This document shows, in pieces, positions 11,641 through 25,243 of a stretch of DNA of 64,000 nucleotides; position 1 is the first letter of the stretch; every line of letters starts with the position of its first letter. The DNA lies in the NCBI GenBank assembly GCA_964016885.1, contig OZ024756.1, positions 8,246,001 through 8,310,000 of the forward strand, read 5' to 3'. Position numbers and translations under genes: made by a program. This DNA comes from Eledone cirrhosa. Taxonomy: Eukaryota. The notes under the pieces are model-generated. The model was given only the letters and a program-made list of their open reading frames with translations. It had not been told where the DNA came from and ran no database searches.

Positions 11641-14600
11641 GACTGGGTGCTATTTGTTGTCACCTACATGACCAGTTTACAGTGTGGACTGGGTGCTATT
11701 TGTTGTCACCTACATGACCAGTTTACAGAGAGGACTGGGTGCTATTTGTTGTCACCTACATGAACAGTTTACAGTGTGGACTGGGTGCTATTTCTTGTCA
11801 CCTACATGACCAGTTTACAGTGTGGACTGGGTGCTATTTGTTGTCACCTACATGACCAGTTTACAGAGAGGACTGGGTGCTATTTGTTGTCACCTACATG
11901 AACAGTTTACAGTGAGGACTGGGTGCTATTTGTTGTCACCTACATGAACAGTTTACAGTGAGGACTGGGTGCTATTTCTTGTCACCTACTTGACCAGTTT
12001 ACAGTGAGGACTGGGTGCTATTTGTTGTCACCTACATGACCAGTTTACAGTGTGGACTGGGTGCTATTTCTTGTCACCTACATGACCAGTTTACAGTGAG
12101 GACTGGGTGCTATTTGTTGTCACCTACATAACCAGTTTACAGTGTGGACTGGGTGCTATTTCTTGTCACCTACATGACCAGTTTACAGTGAGGACTGGGT
12201 GCTATTTGTTGTCACCTACATGACCAGTTTACAGTGAGGACTGGGTGCTATTTCTTGTCACCTACATGACCAGTTTACAGTGTGGACTGGGTGCTATTTG
12301 TTGTCACCTACATGACCAGTTTTCAATGAGGACTGGGTGCTATTTGTTGTCACCTACATGACCTGTTTACAGTGTGGACTGGGTGCTATTTGTTGTCACC
12401 TACATGACCAGTTTACAGTGTGGACTGGGTGCTATTTGTTGTCACCTACATGACCAGTTTACAGTGAGGACTGGGTGCTATTTGTTGTCACCTACATGAC
12501 CAGTTTACAGTGTGGACTGGGTGCTATTTGTTGTCACCTACATGACCAGTTTACACTGAGGACTGGGTGCTATTTGTTGTCACCTACATGACCACTTTAC
12601 AGTGTGGACTGGGTGCTACTTGTTGCCACCTACATGACCACTTTACAGTGTGGACTGGGTGCTATTTGTTGTCACCTACATGACCACTTTACAGTGTGGA
12701 CTGGGTGCTATTTGTTGTCACCTACACGACCAGTTTACAGTGAGGACTGGGTGCTATTTTTGCCACCTACATGACCAGTTTACAGTGAGGACTGGGTGCT
12801 ATTTGTTGTCACCTACACGACCAGTTTACTGTGAGGACTGAGTGCTATTTGTTGTTACCTACATGACCAGTTTACAGTGAGGACTGGGTGCTATTTGTTG
12901 TCACCTATATGACTACTTTACAGTGAGGACTGGGTGCTATTTGTTGTCACCTACACGACCAGTTTACAGTGAGGACTGGGTGCTATTTGTTGTCACCTAC
13001 ATGACCAGTTTACAGTGTGGACTGGGTGCTATTTGTTGTCACCTACACGACCAGTTTACAGTGAGGACTGGGTGCTATTTGTTGTCACCTACATGACCAG
13101 TTTACAGTGAGGACTGGGTGCTATTTCTTGTCACCTACATGACCTGTTACAGTGAGTACTGGGTGCTATTTCTTGTCACCTACATGACCCCTTTACAGTG
13201 TGGACTGGGTGCTATTTGTTGTCACCTACATGACCAGTTTACAGTGAGGACTGGGTGCTATTTGTTGACACCTACACGACCAGTTTACAGTGAGGACTGG
13301 GTACTATTTCTTGTCACCTACATGACCAGTTTACAATGTGGACTGGGTGCTATTTGTTGTCACCTACATGACCAGTTTACAATGACGAGTGGGTGCTATT
13401 TGTTGTCACCCACATGACCTGTTTACTGTGAGGACTGGGTGCTATTTGTTGTCACCTACATGACGAGTTTACAGTGAGGACTGGATGCTATTTGTTGTCA
13501 CCTACACGACCAGTTTACAGTGAGGACTGGGTGCTATTTGTTGTCACCTACATGACTACTTTACAGTGAGGACTGGGTGCTATTTGTTGTCACCTACACG
13601 ACCAGTTTACAGTGAGGACTGGGTGCTATTTGTTGTCACCTACACGACCAGTTTACAGTGTGGACTGGGTGCTATTTCTTGTCACCTACATGACCAGTTT
13701 ACAGTGTGGACTGGGTGCTATTTGTTGTCACCTACACGACCAGTTTACAGTGTGGACTGGGTGCTATTTGTTGTCACCTACATGACCAGTTTACACTGAG
13801 GACTGGGTGCTATTTGTTGTCACCTACATGACCACTTTACAGTGTGGACTGGGTGCTACTTGTTGCCACCTACATGACCACTTTACAGTGTGGACTGGGT
13901 GCTATTTGTTGTCACCTACATGACCACTTTACAGTGTGGACTGGGTGCTATTTGTTGTCACCTACACGACCAGTTTACAGTGAGGACTGGGTGCTATTTG
14001 TTGTCACCAACATGACCAGTTTACAGTGAGGACTGGGTGCTATTTGTTGTAACCTACACGACCAGTTTACAGTGTGGACTGGGTGCTATTTGTTGTCACC
14101 TACATGACCAGTTTACAGTGAGGACTGGGTGCTATTTGTTGTCACCTACATGACCAGTTTACAGTGTGGACTGGGTGCTATTTGTTGTCACCTACATGAC
14201 CAGTTTACAGTGTGGACTGGGTGCTATTTGTTGTCACCTACATGACCAGTTTACAGTGAGGACTGGGTGCTATTTGTTGTCACCTACATGACCAGTTTAC
14301 AGTGAGGACTGGGTGCTATTTGTTGTCACCTACATGACCACTTTACAGTGTGGACTGGGTGCTACTTGTTGTCACCTACATGACCACTTTACAGTGTGGA
14401 CTGGGTGCTATTTGTTGTCACCTACATGACCAGTTTACAGTAAGGACTGGGTGCTATTTGTTGTCACCTACATGACCACTTTACAGTGTGGACTGGGTGC
14501 TATTTGTTGTAACCTACATGACCAGTTTACAGTGTGGACAGGGTGCTATTTGTTGTCACCTACACGACCAGTTTACAGTGTGGACTGGGTGCTATTTCTT

Positions 14601-17600
14601 GTCACCTACATGACCAGTTTACAGTGTGGACTGGGTGCTATTTGTTGTCACCTACATGACCAGTTTAGTGTGGACTGGGTGCTATTTGTTGTCACCTACA
14701 TGACCACTTTACAGTGTGGACTGGGTGCTATTTGTTGTCACCTACATGACCAGTTTACAGTATGGACTGGGAGCTATTTGTTGTCACCTACATGACCAGT
14801 TTACAGTGTGGACTGGGTGCTATTTGTTGTCACCTACACGACCAGTTTACAGTGAGGACTGGGTGCTATTTGTTGTCACCCACATGACCTGTTTACAGTA
14901 AGGACTGGGTGCTATTTGTTGTCACCTACATGACCACTTTACAGTGTGGACTGGGTGCTATTTGTTGTCACCTACATGACCAGTTTACAGTGTGGACAGG
15001 GTGCTATTTGTTGTCACCTACACGACCAGTTTACAGTGTGGACTGGGTGCTATTTCTTGTCACCTACATGACCAGTTTACAGTGTGGACTGGGTGCTATT
15101 TGTTGTCACCTACATGACCAGTTTAGTGTGGACTGGGTGCTATTTGTTGTCACCTACATGACCACTTTACAGTGTGGACTGGGTGCTATTTGTTGTCACC
15201 TACATGACCAGTTTACAGTATGGACTGGGAGCTATTTGTTGTCACCTACATGACCAGTTTACAGTGAGGACTGGGTGCTATTTGTTGTCACCTACATGAC
15301 CACTTTACAGTGTGGACTGCGTGCTACTTGTTGTCACCTACATGACCACTTTACAGTGTGGACTGGGTGCTATTTGTTGTCACCTACATGACCAGTTTAC
15401 AGTAAGGACTGGGTGCTATTTAATGTCACCTACATGACCACTTTACAGTGTGGACTGGGTGCTATTTGTTGTCACCTACATGACCAGTTTACAGTGTGGA
15501 CAGGGTGCTATTTGTTGTCACCTACACGACCAGTTTACAGTGTGGACTGGGTGCTATTTCTTGTCACCTACATGACCAGTTTACAGTGTGGACTGGGTGC
15601 TATTTGTTGTCACCTACATGACCAGTTTAGTGTGGACTGGGTGCTATTTGTTGTCACCTACATGACCACTTTACAGTGTGGACTGGGTGCTATTTGTTGT
15701 CACCTACATGACCAGTTTACAGTATGGACTGGGAGCTATTTGTTGTCACCTACATGACCAGTTTACAGTGTGGACTGGGTGCTATTTGTTGTCACCTACA
15801 CGACCAGTTTACAGTGAGGACTGGGTGCTATTTGTTGTCACCTACATGACCAGATTACAGTGTGGACTGGGTGCTATTTCTTGTCACCTACATGACCAGT
15901 TTACAGTGAGGACTGGGTGCTATTTTTTGTCACCTAAACGACCAGTTTACAGTGAGGACTGGGTGCTATTTGTTGTCACCTACACGACCAGTTTACAGTG
16001 TGGACTGGGTGCTATTTGTTGTCACCTACATGACCAGTTTACAGTGGTGAGGACTGGTTGCTATTTGTTGTCACCTACACGACCAGTTTACAGTGAGGAC
16101 TGGGTGCTATTTGTTGTCACCTACATGACCAGTTTACAGTGTGGACTGGGTGCTATTTGTTGTCACCTACACGGCCAGTTTACAGTGTGGACTGGGTGCT
16201 ATTTGTTGTCACCTACATGACCAGTTTACAGTGTGGACTGGGTGCTATTTGTTGTCACCTACACGACCAGTTTACATTGTGGACTAGGTGCTATTTGTTG
16301 TCACCTACATGACCAGTTTACAGTGAGGACTGGGTGCTATTTGTTGTCACCTACATGACCAGTTTACAGTGTGGACTGGGTGCTATTTGTTGTCACCTAC
16401 ATGACCAGTTTACAGTGTGGACTGGGTGCTATTTGTTGTCACCTACATGACCAGTTTACAGTGAGGACTGGGTGCTATTTGTTGTCACCTACATGACCAG
16501 TTTACAGTGTGGACTGGGTGCTATTTGTTGTCACCTACATGACCAGTTTACAGTGTGGACTGGGTGCTATTTGTTGTCACCTACATGACCAGTTTACAGT
16601 GTGGACTGGGTGCTATTTGTTGTCACCTACATGACCAGTCTACAGTGTGGACTGGGTGCTATTTGTTGTTACCTACATGACCAGTTTACAGTGTGGACTG
16701 GGTGCTATTTGTTGTCACCTACATGACCAGTTTACAGTGTGGACTGGGTGCTATTTGTTGTCACCTACATGACCAGTTTACAGTGTGGACTGGGTGCTAT
16801 TTGTTGTCACCTACATGAGCAGTTTACAGTGTGGACTGGGTGCTATTTGTTGTCACCTACATGACAAGTTTACAGTGTGGACTGGGTGCTATTTATTGTC
16901 ACCTACATGACCAGTTTACAGTGTGGACTGGGTGCTATTTGTTGTCACCTACATGACCAGTTTACAGTGTGGAGTGGGTGCTATTTGTTGTCACCTACAT
17001 GACCAGTTTACAGTGTGGACTGGGTGCTATTTGTTGTCACCTACATGACCAGTTTACAGTGTGGACTGGGTGCTATTTGTTGTCACCTACATGACCAGTC
17101 TACAGTGTGGACTGGGTGCTATTTGTTGTCACCTACATGACCAGTTTACAGTGTGGACTGGGTGCTATTTGTTGTCACCTACATGACCAGATTACAGTGT
17201 GGACTGGGTGCTATTTGTTGTCACCTACATGACCAGTTTACAGTGAGGACTGGGTGCTATTTCTTGTCACCTACATGACCAGTTTACAGTGTGGACTGGG
17301 TGCTATTTGTTGTCACCTACATGACCAGTTTACACTGAGGACTGGGTGCTATTTGTTGTCACCTACATGACCACTTTACAGTGTGGACTGGGTGCTACTT
17401 GTTGCCACCTACATGACCACTTTACAGTGTGGACTGGGTGCTATTTGTTGTCACCTACATGACCACTTTACAGTGTGGACTGGGTGCTATTTGTTGTCAC
17501 CTACACGACCAGTTTACAGTGAGGACTGGGTGCTATTTGTTGTCACCTACATGACCAGTTTACAGTGAGGACTGGGTGCTATTTGTTGTAACCTACACGA

Positions 17601-20210
17601 CCAGTTTACAGTGTGGACTGGGTGCTATTTGTTGTCACCTACATGACCAGTTTACAGTGAGGACTGGGTGCTATTTGTTGTCACCTACATGACCAGTTTA
17701 CAGTGTGGACTGGGTGCTATTTGTTGTCACCTACATGACCAGTTTACAGTGTGGACTGGGTGCTATTTGTTGTCACCTACATGACCAGTTTACAGTGAGG
17801 ACTGGGTGCTATTTGTTGTCACCTACATGACCAGTTTACAGTGAGGACTGGGTGCTATTTGTTGTCACCTACATGACCACTTTACAGTGTGGACTGGGTG
17901 CTACTTGTTGTCACCTACATGACCACTTTACAGTGTGGACTGGGTGCTATTTGTTGTCACCTACATGACCAGTTTACAGTAAGGACTGGGTGCTATTTGT
18001 TGTCACCTACATGACCACTTTACAGTGTGGACTGGGTGCTATTTGTTGTCACCTACACGACCAGTTTACAGTGTGGACTGGGTGCTATTTGTTGTCACCT
18101 ACATGACCAGTTTACAGTGTGGACTGGGTGCTATTTGTTGTCACCTACATGACCAGTTTACAGAGAGGACTGGGTGCTATTTGTTGTCACCTACATGAAC
18201 AGTTTACAGTGTGGACTGGGTGCTATTTCTTGTCACCTACATGACCAGTTTACAGTGTGGACTGGGTGCTATTTGTTGTCACCTACATGACCAGTTTACA
18301 GAGAGGACTGGGTGCTATTTGTTGTCACCTACATGAACAGTTTACAGTGAGGACTGGGTGCTATTTGTTGTCACCTACATGAACAGTTTACAGTGAGGAC
18401 TGGGTGCTATTTCTTGTCACCTACTTGACCAGTTTACAGTGAGGACTGGGTGCTATTTGTTGTCACCTACATGACCAGTTTACAGTGTGGACTGGGTGCT
18501 ATTTCTTGTCACCTACATGACCAGTTTACAGTGAGGACTGGGTGCTATTTGTTGTCACCTACATAACCAGTTTACAGTGTGGACTGGGTGCTATTTCTTG
18601 TCACCTACATGACCAGTTTACAGTGAGGACTGGGTGCTATTTGTTGTCACCTACATGACCAGTTTACAGTGAGGACTGGGTGCTATTTCTTGTCACCTAC
18701 ATGACCAGTTTACAGTGTGGACTGGGTGCTATTTGTTGTCACCTACATGACCAGTTTTCAATGAGGACTGGGTGCTATTTGTTGTCACCTACATGACCTG
18801 TTTACAGTGTGGACTGGGTGCTATTTGTTGTCACCTACATGACCAGTTTACAGTGTGGACTGGGTGCTATTTGTTGTCACCTACATGACCAGTTTACAGT
18901 GAGGACTGGGTGCTATTTGTTGTCACCTACATGACCAGTTTACAGTGTGGACTGGGTGCTATTTGTTGTCACCTACATGACCAGTTTACACTGAGGACTG
19001 GGTGCTATTTGTTGTCACCTACATGACCACTTTACAGTGTGGACTGGGTGCTACTTGTTGCCACCTACATGACCACTTTACAGTGTGGACTGGGTGCTAT
19101 TTGTTGTCACCTACATGACCACTTTACAGTGTGGACTGGGTGCTATTTGTTGTCACCTACACGACCAGTTTACAGTGAGGACTGGGTGCTATTTTTGCCA
19201 CCTACATGACCAGTTTACAGTGAGGACTGGGTGCTATTTGTTGTCACCTACACGACCAGTTTACTGTGAGGACTGAGTGCTATTTGTTGTTACCTACATG
19301 ACCAGTTTACAGTGAGGACTGGGTGCTATTTGTTGTCACCTATATGACTACTTTACAGTGAGGACTGGGTGCTATTTGTTGTCACCTACACGACCAGTTT
19401 ACAGTGAGGACTGGGTGCTATTTGTTGTCACCTACATGACCAGTTTACAGTGTGGACTGGGTGCTATTTGTTGTCACCTACACGACCAGTTTACAGTGAG
19501 GACTGGGTGCTATTTGTTGTCACCTACATGACCAGTTTACAGTGAGGACTGGGTGCTATTTCTTGTCACCTACATGACCTGTTACAGTGAGTACTGGGTG
19601 CTATTTCTTGTCACCTACATGACCCCTTTACAGTGTGGACTGGGTGCTATTTGTTGTCACCTACATGACCAGTTTACAGTGAGGACTGGGTGCTATTTGT
19701 TGACACCTACACGACCAGTTTACAGTGAGGACTGGGTACTATTTCTTGTCACCTACATGACCAGTTTACAATGTGGACTGGGTGCTATTTGTTGTCACCT
19801 ACATGACCAGTTTACAATGACGAGTGGGTGCTATTTGTTGTCACCCACATGACCTGTTTACTGTGAGGACTGGGTGCTATTTGTTGTCACCTACATGACG
19901 AGTTTACAGTGAGGACTGGATGCTATTTGTTGTCACCTACACGACCAGTTTACAGTGAGGACTGGGTGCTATTTGTTGTCACCTACATGACTACTTTACA
20001 GTGAGGACTGGGTGCTATTTGTTGTCACCTACACGACCAGTTTACAGTGAGGACTGGGTGCTATTTGTTGTCACCTACACGACCAGTTTACAGTGTGGAC
20101 TGGGTGCTATTTCTTGTCACCTACATGACCAGTTTACAGTGTGGACTGGGTGCTATTTGTTGTCACCTACACGACCAGTTTACAGTGTGGACTGGGTGCT
20201 ATTTGTTGTC
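7231..20210 (+). repeat. Tandem duplication of a 6,435-bp higher-order unit (140 monomers)
   Basis: Constant +6435 offset: 7409>13844, 8016>14451, 9243>15678, 10948>17383, 12650>19085, 13118>19553. 140x46=6440, and the visible indels (three -2, one +3, two -1) sum to -5. Confidence 0.95.
8000..9330 (+). repeat. Triplicated 10/11-monomer sub-unit (458 and 504 bp spacing); also at ~14435-15765, ~39770-41095 and ~46850-48180
   Basis: Marker series AGTAAGG, GGACAGG, TTTCTT, 2-bp deletion TTTAGTG, AGTATGGACTGGGAG occurs three times (ORF starts 8016, 8474, 8978). Confidence 0.92.
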
Positions 20211-23200
20211 ACCTACACGACCAGTTTACAGTGTTGACTGGGTGCTATTTCTTGTCACCTACATGACCAGTTTACAGTGTGGACTGGGTGCTATTTGTTG
20301 TCACCTACATGACCAGTTTACAGAGAGGACTGGGTGCTATTTGTTGTCACCTACATGACCAGTTTACAGTGAGGACTGGGTGCTATTTGTTGTCACCTAC
20401 ATGAACAGTTTACAGTGAGGACTGGGTGCTATTTCTTGTCACCTACATGACCAGTTTACAGTGAGGACTGGGTGCTATTTGTTGTCACCTACATGACCAG
20501 TTTACAGTGTGGACTGGGTGCTATTTCTTGTCACCTACATGACCAGTTTACAGTGAGGACTGGGTGCTATTTGTTGTCACCTACATGACCACTTTACAGT
20601 GTGGACTGGGTGCTACTTGTTGCCACCTACATGACCACTTTACAGTGTGGACTGGGTGCTATTTGTTGTCACCTACATGACCACTTTACAGTGTGGACTG
20701 GGTGCTATTTGTTGTCACCTACACGACCAGTTTACAGTGAGGACTGGGTGCTATTTGTTGTCACCTACATGACCAGTTTACAGTGAGGACTGGGTGCTAT
20801 TTGTTGTAACCTACACGACCAGTTTACAGTGTGGACTGGGTGCTATTTGTTGTCACCTACATGACCAGTTTACAGTGAGGACTGGGTGCTATTTGTTGTC
20901 ACCTACATGACCAGTTTACAGTGTGGACTGGGTGCTATTTGTTGTCACCTACATGACCAGTTTACAGTGTGGACTGGGTGCTATTTGTTGTCACCTACAT
21001 GACCAGTTTACAGTGAGGACTGGGTGCTATTTGTTGTCACCTACATGACCAGTTTACAGTGAGGACTGGGTGCTATTTGTTGTCACCTACATGACCACTT
21101 TACAGTGTGGACTGGGTGCTACTTGTTGTCACCTACATGACCACTTTACAGTGTGGACTGGGTGCTATTTGTTGTCACCTACATGACCAGTTTACAGTAA
21201 GGACTGGGTGCTATTTGTTGTCACCTACATGACCACTTTACAGTGTGGACTGGGTGCTATTTGTTGTCACCTACACGACCAGTTTACAGTGTGGACTGGG
21301 TGCTATTTGTTGTCACCTACATGACCAGTTTACAGTGTGGACTGGGTGCTATTTGTTGTCACCTACATGACCAGTTTACAGAGAGGACTGGGTGCTATTT
21401 GTTGTCACCTACATGAACAGTTTACAGTGTGGACTGGGTGCTATTTCTTGTCACCTACATGACCAGTTTACAGTGTGGACTGGGTGCTATTTGTTGTCAC
21501 CTACATGACCAGTTTACAGAGAGGACTGGGTGCTATTTGTTGTCACCTACATGAACAGTTTACAGTGAGGACTGGGTGCTATTTGTTGTCACCTACATGA
21601 ACAGTTTACAGTGAGGACTGGGTGCTATTTCTTGTCACCTACTTGACCAGTTTACAGTGAGGACTGGGTGCTATTTGTTGTCACCTACATGACCAGTTTA
21701 CAGTGTGGACTGGGTGCTATTTCTTGTCACCTACATGACCAGTTTACAGTGAGGACTGGGTGCTATTTGTTGTCACCTACATAACCAGTTTACAGTGTGG
21801 ACTGGGTGCTATTTCTTGTCACCTACATGACCAGTTTACAGTGAGGACTGGGTGCTATTTGTTGTCACCTACATGACCAGTTTACAGTGAGGACTGGGTG
21901 CTATTTCTTGTCACCTACATGACCAGTTTACAGTGTGGACTGGGTGCTATTTGTTGTCACCTACATGACCAGTTTTCAATGAGGACTGGGTGCTATTTGT
22001 TGTCACCTACATGACCTGTTTACAGTGTGGACTGGGTGCTATTTGTTGTCACCTACATGACCAGTTTACAGTGTGGACTGGGTGCTATTTGTTGTCACCT
22101 ACATGACCAGTTTACAGTGAGGACTGGGTGCTATTTGTTGTCACCTACATGACCAGTTTACAGTGTGGACTGGGTGCTATTTGTTGTCACCTACATGACC
22201 AGTTTACACTGAGGACTGGGTGCTATTTGTTGTCACCTACATGACCACTTTACAGTGTGGACTGGGTGCTACTTGTTGCCACCTACATGACCACTTTACA
22301 GTGTGGACTGGGTGCTATTTGTTGTCACCTACATGACCACTTTACAGTGTGGACTGGGTGCTATTTGTTGTCACCTACACGACCAGTTTACAGTGAGGAC
22401 TGGGTGCTATTTTTGCCACCTACATGACCAGTTTACAGTGAGGACTGGGTGCTATTTGTTGTCACCTACACGACCAGTTTACTGTGAGGACTGAGTGCTA
22501 TTTGTTGTTACCTACATGACCAGTTTACAGTGAGGACTGGGTGCTATTTGTTGTCACCTATATGACTACTTTACAGTGAGGACTGGGTGCTATTTGTTGT
22601 CACCTACACGACCAGTTTACAGTGAGGACTGGGTGCTATTTGTTGTCACCTACATGACCAGTTTACAGTGTGGACTGGGTGCTATTTGTTGTCACCTACA
22701 CGACCAGTTTACAGTGAGGACTGGGTGCTATTTGTTGTCACCTACATGACCAGTTTACAGTGAGGACTGGGTGCTATTTCTTGTCACCTACATGACCTGT
22801 TACAGTGAGTACTGGGTGCTATTTCTTGTCACCTACATGACCCCTTTACAGTGTGGACTGGGTGCTATTTGTTGTCACCTACATGACCAGTTTACAGTGA
22901 GGACTGGGTGCTATTTGTTGACACCTACACGACCAGTTTACAGTGAGGACTGGGTACTATTTCTTGTCACCTACATGACCAGTTTACAATGTGGACTGGG
23001 TGCTATTTGTTGTCACCTACATGACCAGTTTACAATGACGAGTGGGTGCTATTTGTTGTCACCCACATGACCTGTTTACTGTGAGGACTGGGTGCTATTT
23101 GTTGTCACCTACATGACGAGTTTACAGTGAGGACTGGATGCTATTTGTTGTCACCTACACGACCAGTTTACAGTGAGGACTGGGTGCTATTTGTTGTCAC

Positions 23201-23805
23201 CTACATGACTACTTTACAGTGAGGACTGGGTGCTATTTGTTGTCACCTACACGACCAGTTTACAGTGAGGACTGGGTGCTATTTGTTGTCACCTACACGA
23301 CCAGTTTACAGTGTGGACTGGGTGCTATTTCTTGTCACCTACATGACCAGTTTACAGTGTGGACTGGGTGCTATTTGTTGTCACCTACACGACCAGTTTA
23401 CAGTGTGGACTGGGTGCTATTTGTTGTCACCTACACGACCAGTTTACAGTGTTGACTGGGTGCTATTTCTTGTCACCTACATGACCAGTTTACAGTGTGG
23501 ACTGGGTGCTATTTGTTGTCACCTACATGACCAGTTTACAGAGAGGACTGGGTGCTATTTGTTGTCACCTACATGACCAGTTTACAGTGAGGACTGGGTG
23601 CTATTTGTTGTCACCTACATGAACAGTTTACAGTGAGGACTGGGTGCTATTTCTTGTCACCTACATGACCAGTTTACAGTGAGGACTGGGTGCTATTTGT
23701 TGTCACCTACATGACCAGTTTACAGTGTGGACTGGGTGCTATTTCTTGTCACCTACATGACCAGTTTACAGTGAGGACTGGGTGCTATTTGTTGTCACCT
23801 ACATG
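17336..23805 (+). repeat. Tandem duplication of a 3,218-bp unit (70 monomers), nested in the 7,908-bp unit
   Basis: +3218 offset: 17383>20601, 19085>22303, 19553>22771, 20001>23219. 70x46=3220 minus two 1-bp deletions. Confidence 0.94.
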
Positions 23806-25243
23806 ACCAGTTTACAATGAGGACTGGGTGCTATTTGTTGTCACCTACATGACCTGTTTACAGTGTGGACTGGGTGCTATTTGTTGTCACCTACACGACC
23901 AGTTTACAGTGTGGACTGGGTGCTATTTGTTGTCACCTACATGACCAGTTTACAGTGTAGACTGGGTGCTATTTGTTGTCACCTACATGACCAGTTTACA
24001 GTGAGGACTGGGTGCTATTTGTTGTCACCTACATGACCAGTTTACAGTGTGGACTGGGTGCTATTTGTTGTCACCTACACGGCCAGTTTACAGTGTGGAC
24101 TGGGTGCTATTTGTTGTCACCTACATGACCAGTTTACAGTGTGGACTGGGTGCTATTTGTTGTCACCTACACGACCAGTTTACATTGTGGACTAGGTGCT
24201 ATTTGTTGTCACCTACATGACCAGTTTACAGTGAGGACTGGGTGCTATTTGTTGTCACCTACATGACCAGTTTACAGTGTGGACTGGGTGCTATTTGTTG
24301 TCACCTACATGACCAGTTTACAGTGTGGACTGGGTGCTATTTGTTGTCACCTACATGACCAGTTTACAGTGAGGACTGGGTGCTATTTGTTGTCACCTAC
24401 ATGACCAGTTTACAGTGTGGACTGGGTGCTATTTGTTGTCACCTACATGACCAGTTTACAGTGTGGACTGGGTGCTATTTGTTGTCACCTACATGACCAG
24501 TTTACAGTGTGGACTGGGTGCTATTTGTTGTCACCTACATGACCAGTCTACAGTGTGGACTGGGTGCTATTTGTTGTTACCTACATGACCAGTTTACAGT
24601 GTGGACTGGGTGCTATTTGTTGTCACCTACATGACCAGTTTACAGTGTGGACTGGGTGCTATTTGTTGTCACCTACATGACCAGTTTACAGTGTGGACTG
24701 GGTGCTATTTGTTGTCACCTACATGAGCAGTTTACAGTGTGGACTGGGTGCTATTTGTTGTCACCTACATGACAAGTTTACAGTGTGGACTGGGTGCTAT
24801 TTATTGTCACCTACATGACCAGTTTACAGTGTGGACTGGGTGCTATTTGTTGTCACCTACATGACCAGTTTACAGTGTGGAGTGGGTGCTATTTGTTGTC
24901 ACCTACATGACCAGTTTACAGTGTGGACTGGGTGCTATTTGTTGTCACCTACATGACCAGTTTACAGTGTGGACTGGGTGCTATTTGTTGTCACCTACAT
25001 GACCAGTCTACAGTGTGGACTGGGTGCTATTTGTTGTCACCTACATGACCAGTTTACAGTGTGGACTGGGTGCTATTTGTTGTCACCTACATGACCAGAT
25101 TACAGTGTGGACTGGGTGCTATTTGTTGTCACCTACATGACCAGTTTACAGTGAGGACTGGGTGCTATTTCTTGTCACCTACATGACCAGTTTACAGTGT
25201 GGACTGGGTGCTATTTGTTGTCACCTACATGACCAGTTTACAC

